Assembly (NCBI GenBank): GCA_951406725.2
Contig: CATOCA020000001.1
Coordinates: 744,001-808,000, forward strand
Source of the DNA: Octopus vulgaris
Lineage: Eukaryota
Direction: 5' to 3'
DNA: 64,000 nt
A program made the position numbers and the translations under genes. Under the pieces are notes generated by a model. That model ran no database searches. It worked only from the letters and a program-made list of their open reading frames with translations, and was not told the DNA's origin. This document shows, piece by piece, positions 14,347 to 29,400 of the stretch (within the stretch, counting starts at the first letter, position 1; each line of letters opens with the position of its first letter).

Positions 14347-15504
14347 ACACATGCTTATACATAGGTGAAGGAGGGTTCAGTCCAACTGCGTAGCATTTGG
14401 GCAAGTGTCTTCTTGTATAGCCTCCGGCTATCGTAGAAGACCAAGGCCTTGTGAGTGGATTTGGTAGACGGAAAGTGAACGTGGCCCGTCGTATATACAT
14501 ATACATGTGTGTGTGTGTGTGTGTGTGTGCATGTGTGTGTAGGGTGTGTGTGTGTGTATGTGCGTGTGTTTGTGCGTCTGTGTTTGTTCCCCCCAATATC
14601 GCTTGACAACCGATGCTGGTATGTTTACATCCACGTAATAAGCGGTTCGAAAAAAGAGACCGATACAATAAGTACTAGGATTACAAAGAATAAGATCTGG
14701 GATCGATTTGCTCGACTATAGGCAGTGCTCCAGTATGGTCAGGGTCAAATGACTGAGACAAATAAAACTATAAAAAATACGTGTGTGTGTGGACGACAGG
14801 CTTCTCTCAGTTTCCGCCTACCAAACCCACTCACAAGGCTTCAGGAGGCTTTGGTTGGGCCGAGGCTATAATATAAAGCACATGCCTAAGTTAATTTTAT
14901 TTGTATTTTTTTGTGTTTGTGTAATGTATAATTTGTGTATATATTAATTGATTGTCAAAGTATGTATCTGAGAGTAGGTTGTCACCAAATGACCCTGGTT
15001 GGAGGCTATTTATGTGGAAAATATTCCCAGTTCGAGTATATTTCATCATCTGTACCTTACGACCCATTAATGACTCCGGATAGTCTAGATTGTTTATGGG
15101 TATATGACCCTTTCTCCCATATAGTGGTATAAACCCAAAAATAAAAATGGTCATGAGCGCAAAAAGGGTTATAAGCCCCCAAAATAAAAACAAGAGTAAA
15201 CTTGGGCACGAGACTCCTACCACTATAGACTCGGGTCGACCAAAGCCTTGTGAGTGGATTTGGTAGATGGAAACTAAATGAAGCCTGTCGAATATTGTGG
15301 GTGTAGGTGTCTCTGTGTGCGCGCGTACGCATGCATGTGTGTGTGTGTGTGTGCAGGCGCGTATCTGCAGGTGTGTGTGTTTTTGTTTCTGTGTCTATCT
15401 ATCCGTCCTCCCCATCAACACCCGACAACCGGTGTTGGTGTTCAGCAAAGTGACTCATGCAATAATTACTAGATTAAAAAAAATGTCCTGGGTTTGATTG
15501 ATCT

Positions 15505-16340
15505 ATAAACGGATTATACATTTTAATAATCAGGGTTTACTTGTCACCATTCATTCTGTAATAAGCAGAGTAATCTAGATAACCAAGAGACAAAACACGA
15601 TGACTATTGTTGGTCTTATTAGTGCCAGGAAGAACATTCAGTTATAAAAATACTTTAGAGGAACTGAATTTTCCAATATTTATATTAATTTACGCAAGTT
15701 TTTGAACCAATTTCTTCTGTATATTGTTGTTTACCTCATTCTATAAGTTTTTTAGGAATTATATCAATTTCTTTCTTTTTCTAGCAAATTTCATTTAAAA
15801 GACATGGCCTTTGATAAGAATATAAGTAAAATTATGCTCGGTGACATTCAATATTTTAAAGAATTTATTCGTAAAAATTCACATAAGGTAAGTTGTTCCT
15901 TTTATTACTTTCTCAAAGTTACTTATTTGTTTATTATTTCATACAGAATATTAAATGTTCCTAAGTAACCACGTGTATTCGTCCCTGATATTTCATTTCT
16001 TACTCCACAACTTTCTTCTAATCCTCATTATCATTAGATTTTATAAATATTTAACCCAATCATGAAGCATGTCAGAGTTGATGGAATGTGAGTGAGAGAG
16101 AAGCCTGTCATCACACACTGCAACGGAGTATTCTGGCAGGAAATATTCAGTCGTCCAAGAGATGAGGGACAGATGGAGCCAGTAGATGGATGGTGACTTT
16201 GTCATGACGTTCCCTTGCTACAAACGGTTGAAGGTTTTACGGACATCGAGGGCTACACCATTTCTTTTGCAGAAGTTGTCAAACCCATGGAAATACTAAT
16301 GTGTCACATAGAAATCAAATCCTCACTTGATCTGGCTTTA
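15505..16340. repeat. Inverted copy of intronic segment at about 34470-35320
   Basis: Collinear reverse-complement similarity over about 800 bp, with a 91-nt identical core. Confidence 0.85.
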
Positions 16341-16371
16341 TAGTATTGTACTTCTTCTAATCATTGAAGAC

Positions 16372-16672
16372 TGGAGGCACATGGCCTAGTTGTTAGAGCA
16401 GCGGACTCGCGGTCGAGGAATCGCGGAATCGAATCTCAGACCGGACGATGTGTGTGTTTATGAGCGAAAACACCTAAGCTCCACGCGGCTTCGGCAGAAG
16501 GTAATGGCGAAATTTCTGCTGACTCTTTCGCCACAACTTTCCCTCACTCTTTCCTCCTGCATCTAGCAGCTCACCTGCGATGAACCGGTGTCCCGTCCAG
16601 GTGGGGAACCTATAAGCCAAGAAACTGGGAAACCGGCCCTAATGAGCCAGGCATGACTCGAGAAGGAACAAG
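16372..16672 (+). mobile_element. Full-length tRNA-derived SINE
   Basis: GGAGGCACATGGCCTAGT...GAATCTCAGACCGG head; inverted sister copy at 19958-20258. Confidence 0.8.
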
Positions 16673-17364
16673 CAACGTTGGTGCATTTGAGACAACAGAC
16701 AGCTATAAATAAAGAATTAGCTCTGAGCCAACACAGAGAAAAGAGTTCTGTCAACAGAGGCCTTTGACACAATGCTTGCTTTCTTTTTCCTACGCACCTC
16801 ATTATGTACAAACTTCACGAGACACCATTGTAGTTTTGCTAACAGTATTATTCATGTTGTACCAGTTTGCTGTATATTCTATTAGTGTGGAAATAAACCT
16901 GTGTCTTCATATTTCTTGGTGATCTTCGTCATGACTCTTTTGGAATGAGAAGATTAAAATTCCACCGGGGCCGTAGTCACATCACTTTTACCACTAAAGT
17001 CTCCTTTAATTAAATTAACAGCTTCAAAAGATGTCCTTAAGTATTTCACCTTGTCTTTTGTGTGAAAAGGGTTCACAACAGATTGCTTCTGAACACTGAA
17101 GGATTCCAATATCCTTTCAGGGTGATTCTATTGGCTTACTGCTATAAAAGGAATGCCTTGAATGTCCGTAGGCTTAATACATTCGGGCACCTAACAACCC
17201 TTTCCAAACAAAGCCGACAGGTCTTCTTTGAATATTTTTCAAAGTAAAACTAAATCCATCAGATTTTCTCTTTTCCCTGTAAAATCTTGTCATACACGGA
17301 GGGGGGGGGGGGTACTTATTCGGGAATTCATGATACTCCTTCAAGTCTGTGACTCTCCTCAGTT

Positions 17365-17365
17365 G

Positions 17366-17455
<90 letters not shown>

Positions 17456-17508
17456 CACCACCACCATCATCCCCACCACCATCATCATCATCACCACCAT
17501 CATCACCG

Positions 17509-17541
<33 letters not shown>

Positions 17542-17652
17542 CCATCGTCATCATCATCATCATCATCATCATCATCACAATCATCACCATCATCGTCACC
17601 ACCATCATCATCCCCACCACCATCATCATCATCATCATCATCATCACCATCG

Positions 17653-17689
<37 letters not shown>

Positions 17690-17734
17690 TATCATCACCA
17701 TCGTCATCATCATCATCATCATCTCATCATCATC

Positions 17735-17778
<44 letters not shown>
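17365..17778. repeat. (CAT)n/(CAC) trinucleotide microsatellite
   Basis: Direct inspection. Confidence 0.97.
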
Positions 17779-17779
<1 letters not shown>

Positions 17780-18791
17780 TGTGCTTTCCATACTTTGATG
17801 AATTCAACCATTTATCTATGGGTAACATGTTTTTTTTTCTTGGGTTGTAATTAAAAAATTAAAATTACTGTGACAATGTCTGAGCCAACCTAAGATGAAA
17901 GAAACTGATTTGGGGATCATCACAGTTCCAGGTTTTCTCTTGAAGTTTTCTAGGGTCAGTCGAAGAGTTATAGTTTCTCAATTTTACAAAAACTAACACT
18001 TTTATAAATAAGTTTATTGCTTCACATTAAATTTAAACAAAATATGTTCCAAATAATTCATTAAAACAGTAATTTATGCTTTTGTATGACTTTGGGGAAG
18101 AAAAATTAAGTTTGTTATCTGCTGTAGTATATTTTACATTGCATATAATGTGTGTGAATATAATTTCATCCCACCCAGTTAATGTGGCTAAAAATCAATT
18201 AGATATTACGTTATCAATTTATTTAGAATAAGTTTATAAAAAGTTTCATACGAAATAATTTGTTTTAATACAAATGATTTTTAATAGTAATTACATATTA
18301 ATTTCGGAATAAAGAGTTTTGATCTAATTTAAATATTTTTTTATCTAATTTCAAAACAACCAAGTTTGTTTACGCTTATCACAAGAAAACTACAATAATA
18401 AGTCTTCCCATTTTGTTTCGCTTGATTTTGCTGAGAAGAGTTTCCTGTCACATAAATTTATTGCCAAAGGAAGTCCTTCTCGAAGTGTCTTGTGTTTTAC
18501 TTAGAATTCCGTCTTAGTTGATGATGTAAAAATCTTGATATTTAATTGTGAACTAAAATGCAATAAAAATTGAGTTGTATGAAGTATGGTAGGGAAAACG
18601 AATTAATTTTCATTATCTGAAGTTATTTGGAATGAAGCGGGGTCGCTGTGGGTTTTCCACAAACGGTAAAGATCCCCTTCAGCCATGAATGACCTTGGGA
18701 TTAAGTCAAGAAATTATCCTCCAAGGAATAAGTCCGAGCAGGGTTTTTTATAGAAGACCAGCAGTCACCCGTGCATACCAGCTTCCCCCAC

Positions 18792-18867
<76 letters not shown>

Positions 18868-19023
18868 TTATTCTACTCTAAGCTAGAAATGAAGGGAGAT
18901 AACTATGAATATACCATAGGATATTAAAACTGTCTTTATAGCAACAGAAGTGTTTAGGAAGGTGGTTAGACATACAACAATAGCAACAACAACAACAACA
19001 AATGAACATTTCAAAAGTTTATC

Positions 19024-19029
19024 TTTATT
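19024..19029 (-). promoter_or_regulatory. Candidate polyadenylation signal of the Ank-RING-DD gene
   Basis: AATAAA on the minus strand about 260 nt after the stop, followed by a (TTG)n GU-rich downstream stretch. Confidence 0.5.
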
Positions 19030-19288
19030 TCAAAACTTAATCTCTAACAAGGGAACTAAACAAGTAAAGAGGTCTCTATGTGACGGTTAGATCTGCTAGA
19101 AGCAGTAGCCAAATCCACATCAATTTACAAATTATCATCTTAAAGAAGAATAAACTTGACAATATGTTTCTGGCTCCTTTACATTAAGGATAAAGACAGG
19201 GTGGTCATGGCTGGAATGCCATCCCCACCCTATCACAGATCTCTGTCTGGATGACCTGGGACTAAATATACAGTATTTACACAGAAAT

Positions 19289-19491
19289 TCACTCTGTCTG
19301 AGGTAGACATTCGAGTACGTCCAAGCACTCAGCTTCCAGAAGAGCTTCTCTGAGTGTTGCGAATGTGAATTCTTCTGGAGCACAAGTTGCCGACCATTTG
19401 CGGAGCATCTGGAAGCTCTGTTCTGTACTGTTATTTAAATTTTCAAGCTTGATCTTGTTCAAGTGGAAACTGCCAATTCCTAAATTCGCAC
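19289..19491 (-). CDS. Terminal exon, remainder of death domain ([17 protein letters not shown]...[10 protein letters not shown]...[21 protein letters not shown])
   Basis: gttttgcag|GT acceptor; LG....L..I......EQ..QML.KW and L.EAL death-domain motifs; TGA at 19291-19289. Confidence 0.9.
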
Positions 19492-22400
19492 CTGCAAAAC
19501 ATACAACAATAAGAAATAATTGCAACAACATCAACAATAAAATAAAAGATGTGTTCTGTAGTTTGTAATAAATTATAACAAAGAAATTATACCTGTTGAG
19601 AAATTTTAACAATAATTAAGAAACATGAATAATATAAGACAGTGTTCTCAATTTCTCGGAATCATGATTAAAAGTTAACAAAGAAGTTGAAATAAAAGAT
19701 AAAGATGGAGAAGAAATTAAAGGAAATTAATTGAAAATTACTCTTGAAGAAATTTATGGGAAACAGATGACAGGAAAATGGTTTGCATAGGCAAAAGTGT
19801 CACCGACTTTGACACCATTTCATCCATCGTTGCATTTTCTCTGCCTTCTATTCCTGGGAGGGTAATAAGGCCCCTCCTACATAGGCTCCTATCAAAAGCA
19901 ATTATCATTAGTCTTCGTGGCAAGATTCCCAAGTATAATCAACAGACACTATTTTTTTTTGTTCCTTATCGAGCCATGCCTGGTTCATAAGGGCCGGTTT
20001 CCTGGTTTCTTGGCGTATAGGTTCCCCACCTGGACGGGACGCCGGTCGATCTCAGGTGAGCTGCAAGATGCAGGAAGAAAAAGTGAGAGAAAGTTTTGGC
20101 GAAAGTTTCAGCAGAATTTTCGCCATTACCCTCTGCCGGAGCCGCGTGGAGCTTAGGGGTTTTCGCTCATAAACACACACATCGCCTGGTCTGAGATTCG
20201 AACCCGCGATCCCTCGACCGCGAGTCTGCTGCTCTAACCACTAGGCCATGTGCCTCCACAACAGAGACTATGGATATTATCCAACCATCTCATTATTGAT
20301 CTGCTGCTAAGTCTTCTGCCATTTGGTTCAGCTTGAAGAATCCATCTTGCAGTTCTTTCCTGCAACATTCTAATCTGATATCTGTAGAAGCAGAACTGTG
20401 GAGATTTAGTGGCTCAACCTGGAGAGACTTCCAGATCTCTGTGTTGTGTGCATCCTTTTGAGCAACATAACACTAGGGACCCTTTAGAGGAATCCCATTT
20501 CGGCTGCTTGGTCTCATCACATGATCAACACCTGAAATAGTCATTAGTGATGCTACTCCTACTCTCACTAATTAGTAATTACAACACATCAACATTTAGG
20601 AACAGCTACAAAGTGGAGGCCGAACTATCAAGCAATACCAGTCGTATTAGGTACACCTGGACCAATTAATATACAAATAGATATGATACCAGAATGATTT
20701 CAACTACGCAGAGTACAAAATATACGTTATATATTTTAGAAGACACCAGCTTAACCGTTCTGGGTTCATGATTCGTAATAAGGATTTCTTTTAGTGGACC
20801 AATAGGGGAAGGTAGAAGGGGTTAATAGGGATTCTATACTGCGTACTCAATGCACACAATAGATAATGTGGGGTCAGAGGTAGGTTGATGGAGAGGAAGG
20901 AGTTTGTGAGTTGTAGATATACAGGAATATTTAGTGGTAAGAACAACTGTGAAAGGCATGGACGACAGTCTCTGTTACCTAGGTAACATAAGTAGGAGTG
21001 GAGGAGACTATTCTGAAAGCAATGGGATTAGAGAAAAAAATGAGGTGGCAAACTGTACGGGGAGCTGTTATCCCTACTGACAAATAACATGTCACACAAA
21101 CTGCCCACTCTTGGGTTAACGACGTTGCATTTGATAATGTGGTCCTCTTCTCCTAAGGGAAAGAATGATGTCACACCTGGAACACTTTTCTTCTGAAGAT
21201 GTCTGCCAGATTAAGGCAGATATCTGCCTCAACAACAACAACAACAGCCTATCAGTGAACTTAGTAAAAATCTAAAGAAACAAAATCATTGATATTAACT
21301 CATCTGTTTGTACATAAACAACAACATATTTTAGATCCCTACTTTAAAAGAGAATATTAAATCTTTTGTGTCTTCTAATTAATCCATTTTACCAACCATG
21401 CAAACCTCGATCTTATGAAGTTTCTTCAATAGAATTACTTTACAGCTAAACTTTCAATTGGAAATTAAAAGAATGGAAACAGTTCTCAATCATTCTAACA
21501 AACAAAAGCTTAAGTGAAGGCAAAATTTACAAAAATCAATTAGGCATTATATACTCACCAACATTTTGCCATTTACTCCCTAACTTATTTGCCACCACTT
21601 TAAGATGTATCTCCTTCAGTTTTAGGGACCCTGAAATAAATATTTCCAAATTTTATGCATCATGCTATAATTTATTTGTCTCTATTAAAATATCAGCGAT
21701 AATCATATAATGTAGAAATTATCACATTTAATTATAACTTGATAACACTGTTCTTAGTTTTATCTTTCCTTTCTTATATCTGTGCCAAATCAATGGCATG
21801 GCATTTTCCTCACATCTCTACACTTCACTAACCAACATTCTTCTCATTTTCTGCTTAATTCCAATGATGATGATGATGATGATGATGGTGATAGAACTTT
21901 CTTCGACTGTCAAAAGGCTTCAGTGACAGAAACAGTGTTTCTGATGTTATTGTTAATATAAGAACAAATTCACAAGGAATATGTAACCCTACCCACACCC
22001 CGTTCCACCACCACTATTATACCACATTTGTCAATAAGGCTAATTATAATGAGATAATAAATTAATTTCATTATTAGACTTTAGAAATTATATCTAATTA
22101 GTATCGCATAAATATAACCAAATATTTCACTTTTTGTTCCATGTGAAATGATGCCAAGACACAATAACATCTGGACATCACTGGACTATAAGGGTCAATG
22201 AACCCAGTTTGTAGGGATGCGGTACTGGACCCAAATAAAACAATATATTTACATGGATTAAAATGTTAGGTGAGGGAACAAGGTGATGTTATGACAAAAT
22301 AAGGTTACGTTTCAGACATACAATTGTAAGACTATCAATCAATAATACCTAATTAATTATCATGTTAATGAGGTATACGGCTAGTACAATAGCACATTGC

Positions 22401-25400
22401 CTGGCATTGCAATACTTGATATCTATGGAGATTGTATATAACATGACAAAAGGATATCTAACCAACGTTATAACGATATCTATATAGATTATATATAATC
22501 TGACTGAGGGATACGTGACTCCCATTATAATGTTATCTATAGATTATATATAACCTGACAAAAAGATACCTGATCATCGTAATAATGATATCTATATAGA
22601 TTTTATATACCTTGACAAAGGGATATTTGACCATCATTATAATGATATCTATATAGATTATATATAATCTGACTGAGGGATACGTGACTCCCATTATAAT
22701 GTTATCTATAGATTATATATAACCTGACAAAGGGATATCTGACCATCGTTATAATGATATCTATATAGATTTTATATACCCTGACAAAGGGATATCTGAC
22801 CATCATTATAATGATATCAATACAGATTGTATATAAGCTGAGAAAGGGGTATGTAATTATCATTATAAAGATATCTCTATAGATTGTGAAGGTGTGTGGC
22901 TTAATGCTTAGGGCATTCGGCTCGTGGCCATAAGGTTGTAATTTCAATTCCTGGTGGTATGTCATGTCCTTGAGCAGGACCCTATATTCCACACTCCTCC
23001 CCTCCATTCAGCTGACAAAAATGAGTTCTACCAGTAATTCAAAAGGTTCGCCTTTTCACATTCTGTGTTATGATGAATCTCCCTGAGTATTAGATTAACG
23101 GTTCATATATCTGTGGAGTACTCAGCCACTTTCACGTTACTTTCATGAGCAGCCTGTTTCCTTGATTAGCAAACTGGTTCTCTCATCGTCCTAACCGATG
23201 GAGTGCCAGTTTTCTATATAGATTGTATCTGAGAACAGTTGATATTATAGTAGTTCCATGAGCAATCACAGAAAAATGGTACCAGGGCCAGTACCAAATA
23301 CTAACAATAATTTCTTTCACCAGTCAAATAACAACGACCAGGTTCCAAGATTCAATTTAAACGTAAGAACGGAAATAAAACCAACAGTTAATAAACACAG
23401 AAAAGTGTGTTTGTATTAACATTAATATAATCTAAAAACCAATAAGAATGAGCATAAATATGGATGGGAAATGTTATTCAGATCATGTAGCAAGTGTTGA
23501 TTATATATGGTTACAAACAAGGAGTTGTGTGTTCAAATCAATCACATTAGGAATTCCTATTTTATTCCTCTTTGTATATTTTATACGTGAACATAAATAC
23601 TTTGTTTATATGTAAACATATGTTCACAGTTCATTATAGTCAAGACATTCAGTGAAATTAATTTAACAATCAATTCTCTTAGGATTAATATTGTAATTTT
23701 TATTTTATTTATCACAACAATATATGTCCTAACCTGAGACATTCCGGGTACGTACCCTAACAAGAGATGACATCTCAGATCAAACAGTGGACTAATATTA
23801 TTGTTTAGCATTTTCATAACATGATAAATCTTGAAGAATTTCTGGAGGATAACTTTGCAAAATATGTTGAAACTATCGATGCCATCTTTCACCAAATAAA
23901 CATTCACAGCAACACAAAACAATTAATTAAGCAAAACAATTGATTAAGCAATCAAAGCCTCTAATGTTGTTCTTTAATCGCTCAGTTGAGATTTTCTCAT
24001 TGAATCTTTTATTTTACCAAAAATCATTCTCATGTTCTTGTAAGTAACATTGTCTTTATCAGATACTGATAAATCATTAATCAACTCTAATCACTCGCAA
24101 TTGACTGTAAAAACATGATATTTACTGAGGGAATCTGGCAGCTTTATTAATATTTCTGTTAGTCGCCGTTTAACTTGCAGTATCACTCATTAGTCTTATC
24201 TTGCAAACAGTATCATCTTGAAGTGTAGCAAACCTTGTATTTGGACGAAGACGAAGTTTGGTGGATGTGGTGATTGATAAAGTATCACAAAGAAAAGACA
24301 CTTTTATCATAAATCTGCTACATTTATGACAGGTGTGACTCTACATAGTAACATGAAGTATATTATTCAACAGCATAAAGTCAATGAGACAAACAGACAG
24401 ATCATCAAATAGTATTCTTACCGAATCCACGTTTGTCAACTATTACTTGTTGACACTTGGGACAACTTTTAGGCTCATTTTCTGAACAGCAATCTTTGCA
24501 TGTAACAGTGTGCTCACATGGTTGAAACGTCACTGTAGCTTCACTAGATTTACACAGCAGACATCTGTTGAGCAAAACATAGAGGCATATCACTGATGAT
24601 ATTCATTTATAACAAATATTGCATTGAGTACATGTTTAGAGTACAGATTATTACGAGATACTACAAGAACCAGCAAAAGTACAACAAAAAATCTTTTTAA
24701 ATAATTACATGAATGCAAATGATATCTGTACAAAACCCAAGAACTCTTTTGAAAATTCATGAGTTGAATGCAGTAAAAGTCATGCTTCTATCTGCCTTCA
24801 ATGCACAACTAATCTCTTGATGATCCCAGTCCAAGAAAAAGGTAAAAAATGGTTCTATGATGGATGGAATATAGGAAATGGCCCAACCCACAATTTCAGT
24901 GCCTGACCTGTGTGTCTTTTCCAACTATTGCTGTCAAACAAAAGCAGTCCATCCACAAGGAAATTACGGATAGTCGATAAGGGATTTCCGAATTGAGCAT
25001 CGAAATTGCAGATATTAAAGCAAAAATCAGAGGTATTCGATTAAGGAATGAAATATGGCGACTGTTCTCTATTTCAGGAGGCCAATAGTCACTTCTGGTT
25101 TGTGATTAGTGTGAAAAAGATGATGAAACGATGTGTGAAAAAGATGATGAAAAGATGATGTGGTTTTTGGTCAAAACACGGAATAACGTATTGGGAGAAT
25201 TAAAACGAAACGAAACATATGAACATAATTGTGTACAAAATAAAAAATTCTCTGCTTTGTCTTGTCATTGTTAGAGAATACTTACAATGGTGGTGGGAAA
25301 AGTGCTTTAATTCTTTCCTTTAAATTTGTATCGTTGATAAGATCCAGCGGCATCACATTCCATACGTTTCTGTGGTAAAAGTTGGCTCCATTGTCGGCCA

Positions 25401-26413
25401 GAAAACAAGCCACTGTTAGGCTTGAAAGCTTGCCTTCTTTGCTAAGCTGGAGCTTTTTGTAGTACTACAAATGATGAAATATAAAAAGGACAAGTACAAT
25501 AGTACACAAATATAAACAAAATCATAACATCAAGTCAAATACATGAAATATAATGGAACAAATATCACAATAATAAAACACCTATCTATGCAAGTGGCTT
25601 GATGAAGGCAATTGGACACAGCAACAGAAATACTTTGGGAAGAATATTGTGTATATTAATATAACCCCTGTCAGCATAGACGATGGGTATTAAATGATGA
25701 TGATGATGACGATGATGATGATGATGAGGGTGGTGGTGGCGGTTGCGATGGTGATGATCGCGACGATGACGACGATGATGATGATGAACACAACAAGACA
25801 ACAAAACATATATATCAGAAACAACAGAGAACACCTAAGACATAGCAATTTCTTCAGATGTAACAAAACCAACACCACACAGACTTATCCAAATATATCA
25901 ACAATGTTTCCATAATTATTAAAGAAACATCTTTGGGTGATGAAGGTGAAGTAAAAGAAGTAAGAATTGGTGTCACGGTTGAGGCAACACACCAACACAT
26001 TATATTTGATAAACTGTTGAAACTTAGTCTGACAGACAATTCCAGCAATGGAGGGTGAAGGGCATTTGACTGCCAGGAGATTTTCTTACCGAAGTGGACA
26101 TTACCACAACACAAAGATGACCATCAACTGTCTGAAATACAGTCACAAATCTGTAGAGACCGTTGCTCATGTGGGAATCAGTGAGTTGCTTCAAGTGCGC
26201 AAAATTTGACAGTAAATACTGTTAGATCTACTGATGGTTAGATGTTGATGTATTTGTATTTTCACACACACACACACACACACACACACGCATACACACA
26301 TGTATGTGAGTGAAAGTAAGTGAACAAATGAGAGAGGGGCACTCAACCAATTCATTGGAAGTTACATGTATGGATCAAAACAGTTTGGATCATTAAACTA
26401 TTTGATATATATA

Positions 26414-26498
<85 letters not shown>

Positions 26499-29400
26499 AC
26501 GTACGTACGTGTGTATGTATATTGCTTTATTGTATCCATTCTCTAGTGTTCTAACATTCAATATTGTTATGACATGTCCACATGAAGCCAGAGGATACAT
26601 GTTGTGTACAAGAAGTAAGACAGGGAGCAGTTTCTTCAGAATCCCTCATAGAATGGAATGGACGTATTCATCATGGCACTTGCATTCTAAAGGTTGTCAT
26701 CATGTCTCTCTGTTCCTCTTTCTATCTCTTATAAATAAATCTACACGTATATATATTTACAAATAATTTTAAAACTTACCTTATCCAAGACAGTTAAGGA
26801 TTCATCCTCAGTATGGAACTCCTCTTTCCTCACCGCAAGGTGAAGACAATTGTTTCCGATATTATCGACCACTTTTACGTCTGCTCCTTTAGAAATGAAT
26901 TCCTGCATTATTCTGAAGTTGCCGGTAGAGACAGCTTGAAGAAATGGTGTCATATCATCCCAGTTTGTTATGTTCAATTTCACTGAATCCTTTGTCGAAG
27001 TAAAAAGAGAGAATGAAAATTTACATGAAAACAAGGGTGGCTATCAATGTGTCATTACTGCCTTCTACTGGGTACTTGATCAAACCGATCATGTACATTT
27101 CATGTTTGTCAGTGAAGTTAGCCTTGCATAAGGTCCCTCTGTAACTTGCTATGAGTGTGTTTAAGAGACATGATACATCTACTAAGATGTAATAAACAGA
27201 TTGGTTCAGCCTAATCTACGTTTATCCCTCACTGAAGTAAAATTTAGGGGAGTTCAAATGGACCTAACACAAGATTAGCAGGTTAAGTTTAATAAAGAAG
27301 ACCTATATGTCTTGCGTATAATTTTGATGTTACTAAATTAATAAGGGGTTCAAAAAATTTATGTCAAAGCAAAATAAAACGCACAAACACATGGAGTGTG
27401 TGTCGTTAAGTTCTTCGGCTGGCTGCATTTTTAGGTGTGAGAGAATATATTCTCAATGTGTCTGGTGGTGTTAAAAACACATGAAAGTAAGTCATAGGCA
27501 AGTGAGACAACTCACATCATATGTATGTCTGTATTTGTGGTATAACTTCAAAGAGATTTGTTTTGTAAGGCCAGAACAATGTGAGAAGGTACAAAGTAAA
27601 CTACAAAAGGAAAAGAGTGGACTGGGCGCCCCAGCACGAGTGCTTTTACGTGGCACCAGCACCAGCAGTGTGACCAAATAACTTGCAAGACGAAGACTTC
27701 TCAGCTGAAGGAAGGAATGAAACTGAGGGAAGTGGCTGTGTACCAGGCAGGAGGTTCGAGCATGACAGGGGGACAAAGTTAGTTGTCTTACTATAGAGGA
27801 GATACTTGGCTGCCCCATTAGGACAAGGACGGAGAAGGGAAGGGGAGTTAGGGAGAAAATAGAGAGATAGAAATACATGGGGGTGGAGATGCATTGGGGC
27901 CTACACTAAGGGAAAGGTGGGGAGGGGGAGTATAAGTAGTAGAAAAGAGATAGAAGGTGATGTGTCATAAGAGTGTGAGGGAAGATGTTTAGAGATGGGG
28001 AGGAGGGGACTGTAGCAAATGATGGAGGAAGAAACTGGAGTGGCTGCGGAGGTGGGGTATTGGTAGATAATGTGGGGGGTATTGAGAGCAGATAGGCACG
28101 TGAGGTAGAGTGGAGGGGCCTGCAGCACGTGATGATCACGGGTGATGGGAGGATGCGATGGGGGGAGTTTTGAGAAGGGACAGATTGTATGTAAAATCAT
28201 TTCTCACAAATTTGTCCCACATCTTCCTGGATCAACTCCTTCTGCAGTTTCCCTCCCTTGTGAGAGATCAGAAATTTTTATGCAACTCTCCTCATTCGTA
28301 CACCTCACATGACCATACCAATGCAGTCTTCTCTCTTGTACACTACATCTCATGTCACTTGTACTCGAGGTTTCTCTTAAATCTTTTACACTCAGTAGCA
28401 GAGTAGTAACATCTCCATCAATGATTTCACCGTTTCCCCTGTATCTGACGAGGTATGTTACAGGTATCTAGGGGTGGATGAAAATATATCTTACAATGGC
28501 ACCTGTAACAAAGCACGTACACTAAAGAATATTACGGCGGAATAAAGAAAATTTGGACCTCAGAACTCTCTGCATTCAATACAACAGTGGCCCACAATGT
28601 GTTTACAGTGCCAGTACTCATACTTGGGTTGCTTGATTGGATGCTTGATGTGATCCGAGCCATTGATGTGAAAAATACTAACAAGCACACATAATTTCAC
28701 ACATAAACAGTGATGCAGACCACCTCTACTTAATACATAAAGAAGAGGCTTAACACCAATCCAAAATGCCTCTGAATGTCGCATTATATCCCTTCGGTAA
28801 CAACTTTTAACCACCAAGTGTCGAAGTGCATTCCTTGACCAAGGTTGCATACATGAGGCTGTAAACATCATAAGACTTGGAAGGCGGCTCCGTGGGCAAC
28901 ACTCTTTATCTGATAACCAAGAATACATTTCCAAAGAAGTTGGACGACTCTACCACAGCGTAACATCAGATGAAAGGATGAGCCTGTATGTGCAGAAGAC
29001 TATGCATGGATATGTCAGTAGAAAGCTCTGCCATGATAGTAATATTGGTGATCAAAGCTGTTTATAATAGACCAATAGCCGGATTACTAACTCCCACTTT
29101 GAAGGGCATGCGTTTGCAATCCAGGAACACGAAATATCAACCAAGTACTTGATGATCAAAAGGGACAGAGATGCAGGAAAAGCTGTAAAATGTGACGACT
29201 GATGCAGACTTTGTGGAGTTCACACTGAAGATATCACCCACATCATAAGCAGTTGTCTGAAAATATCATTATGCTATTATCTACTAATGAGGTATGATGT
29301 TGTAGCTAGGACACTCTATAATGAACTCCGTTGGAATGATAATCCCGAGGACAAAGAAATAAGAACCCACAATATGGTAGAAGCCATAGCTGCTCATAAT

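Noticed and set aside
16372-16445. tRNA gene
   Set aside because: tRNA-like head of a multicopy SINE; no proper cloverleaf.
16675-16930. Possible solo LTR (TATA-like and AATAAA motifs)
   Set aside because: No TG...CA termini, target-site duplication or second copy identifiable.
17174-17854. Poly-His / poly-Met / poly-Ile ORFs
   Set aside because: (CAT)n microsatellite, open in several frames, with no splice or domain support.
21193-21225. CTGAAGA followed by a hairpin (hammerhead candidate)
   Set aside because: No GAAA or NUH after stem II.
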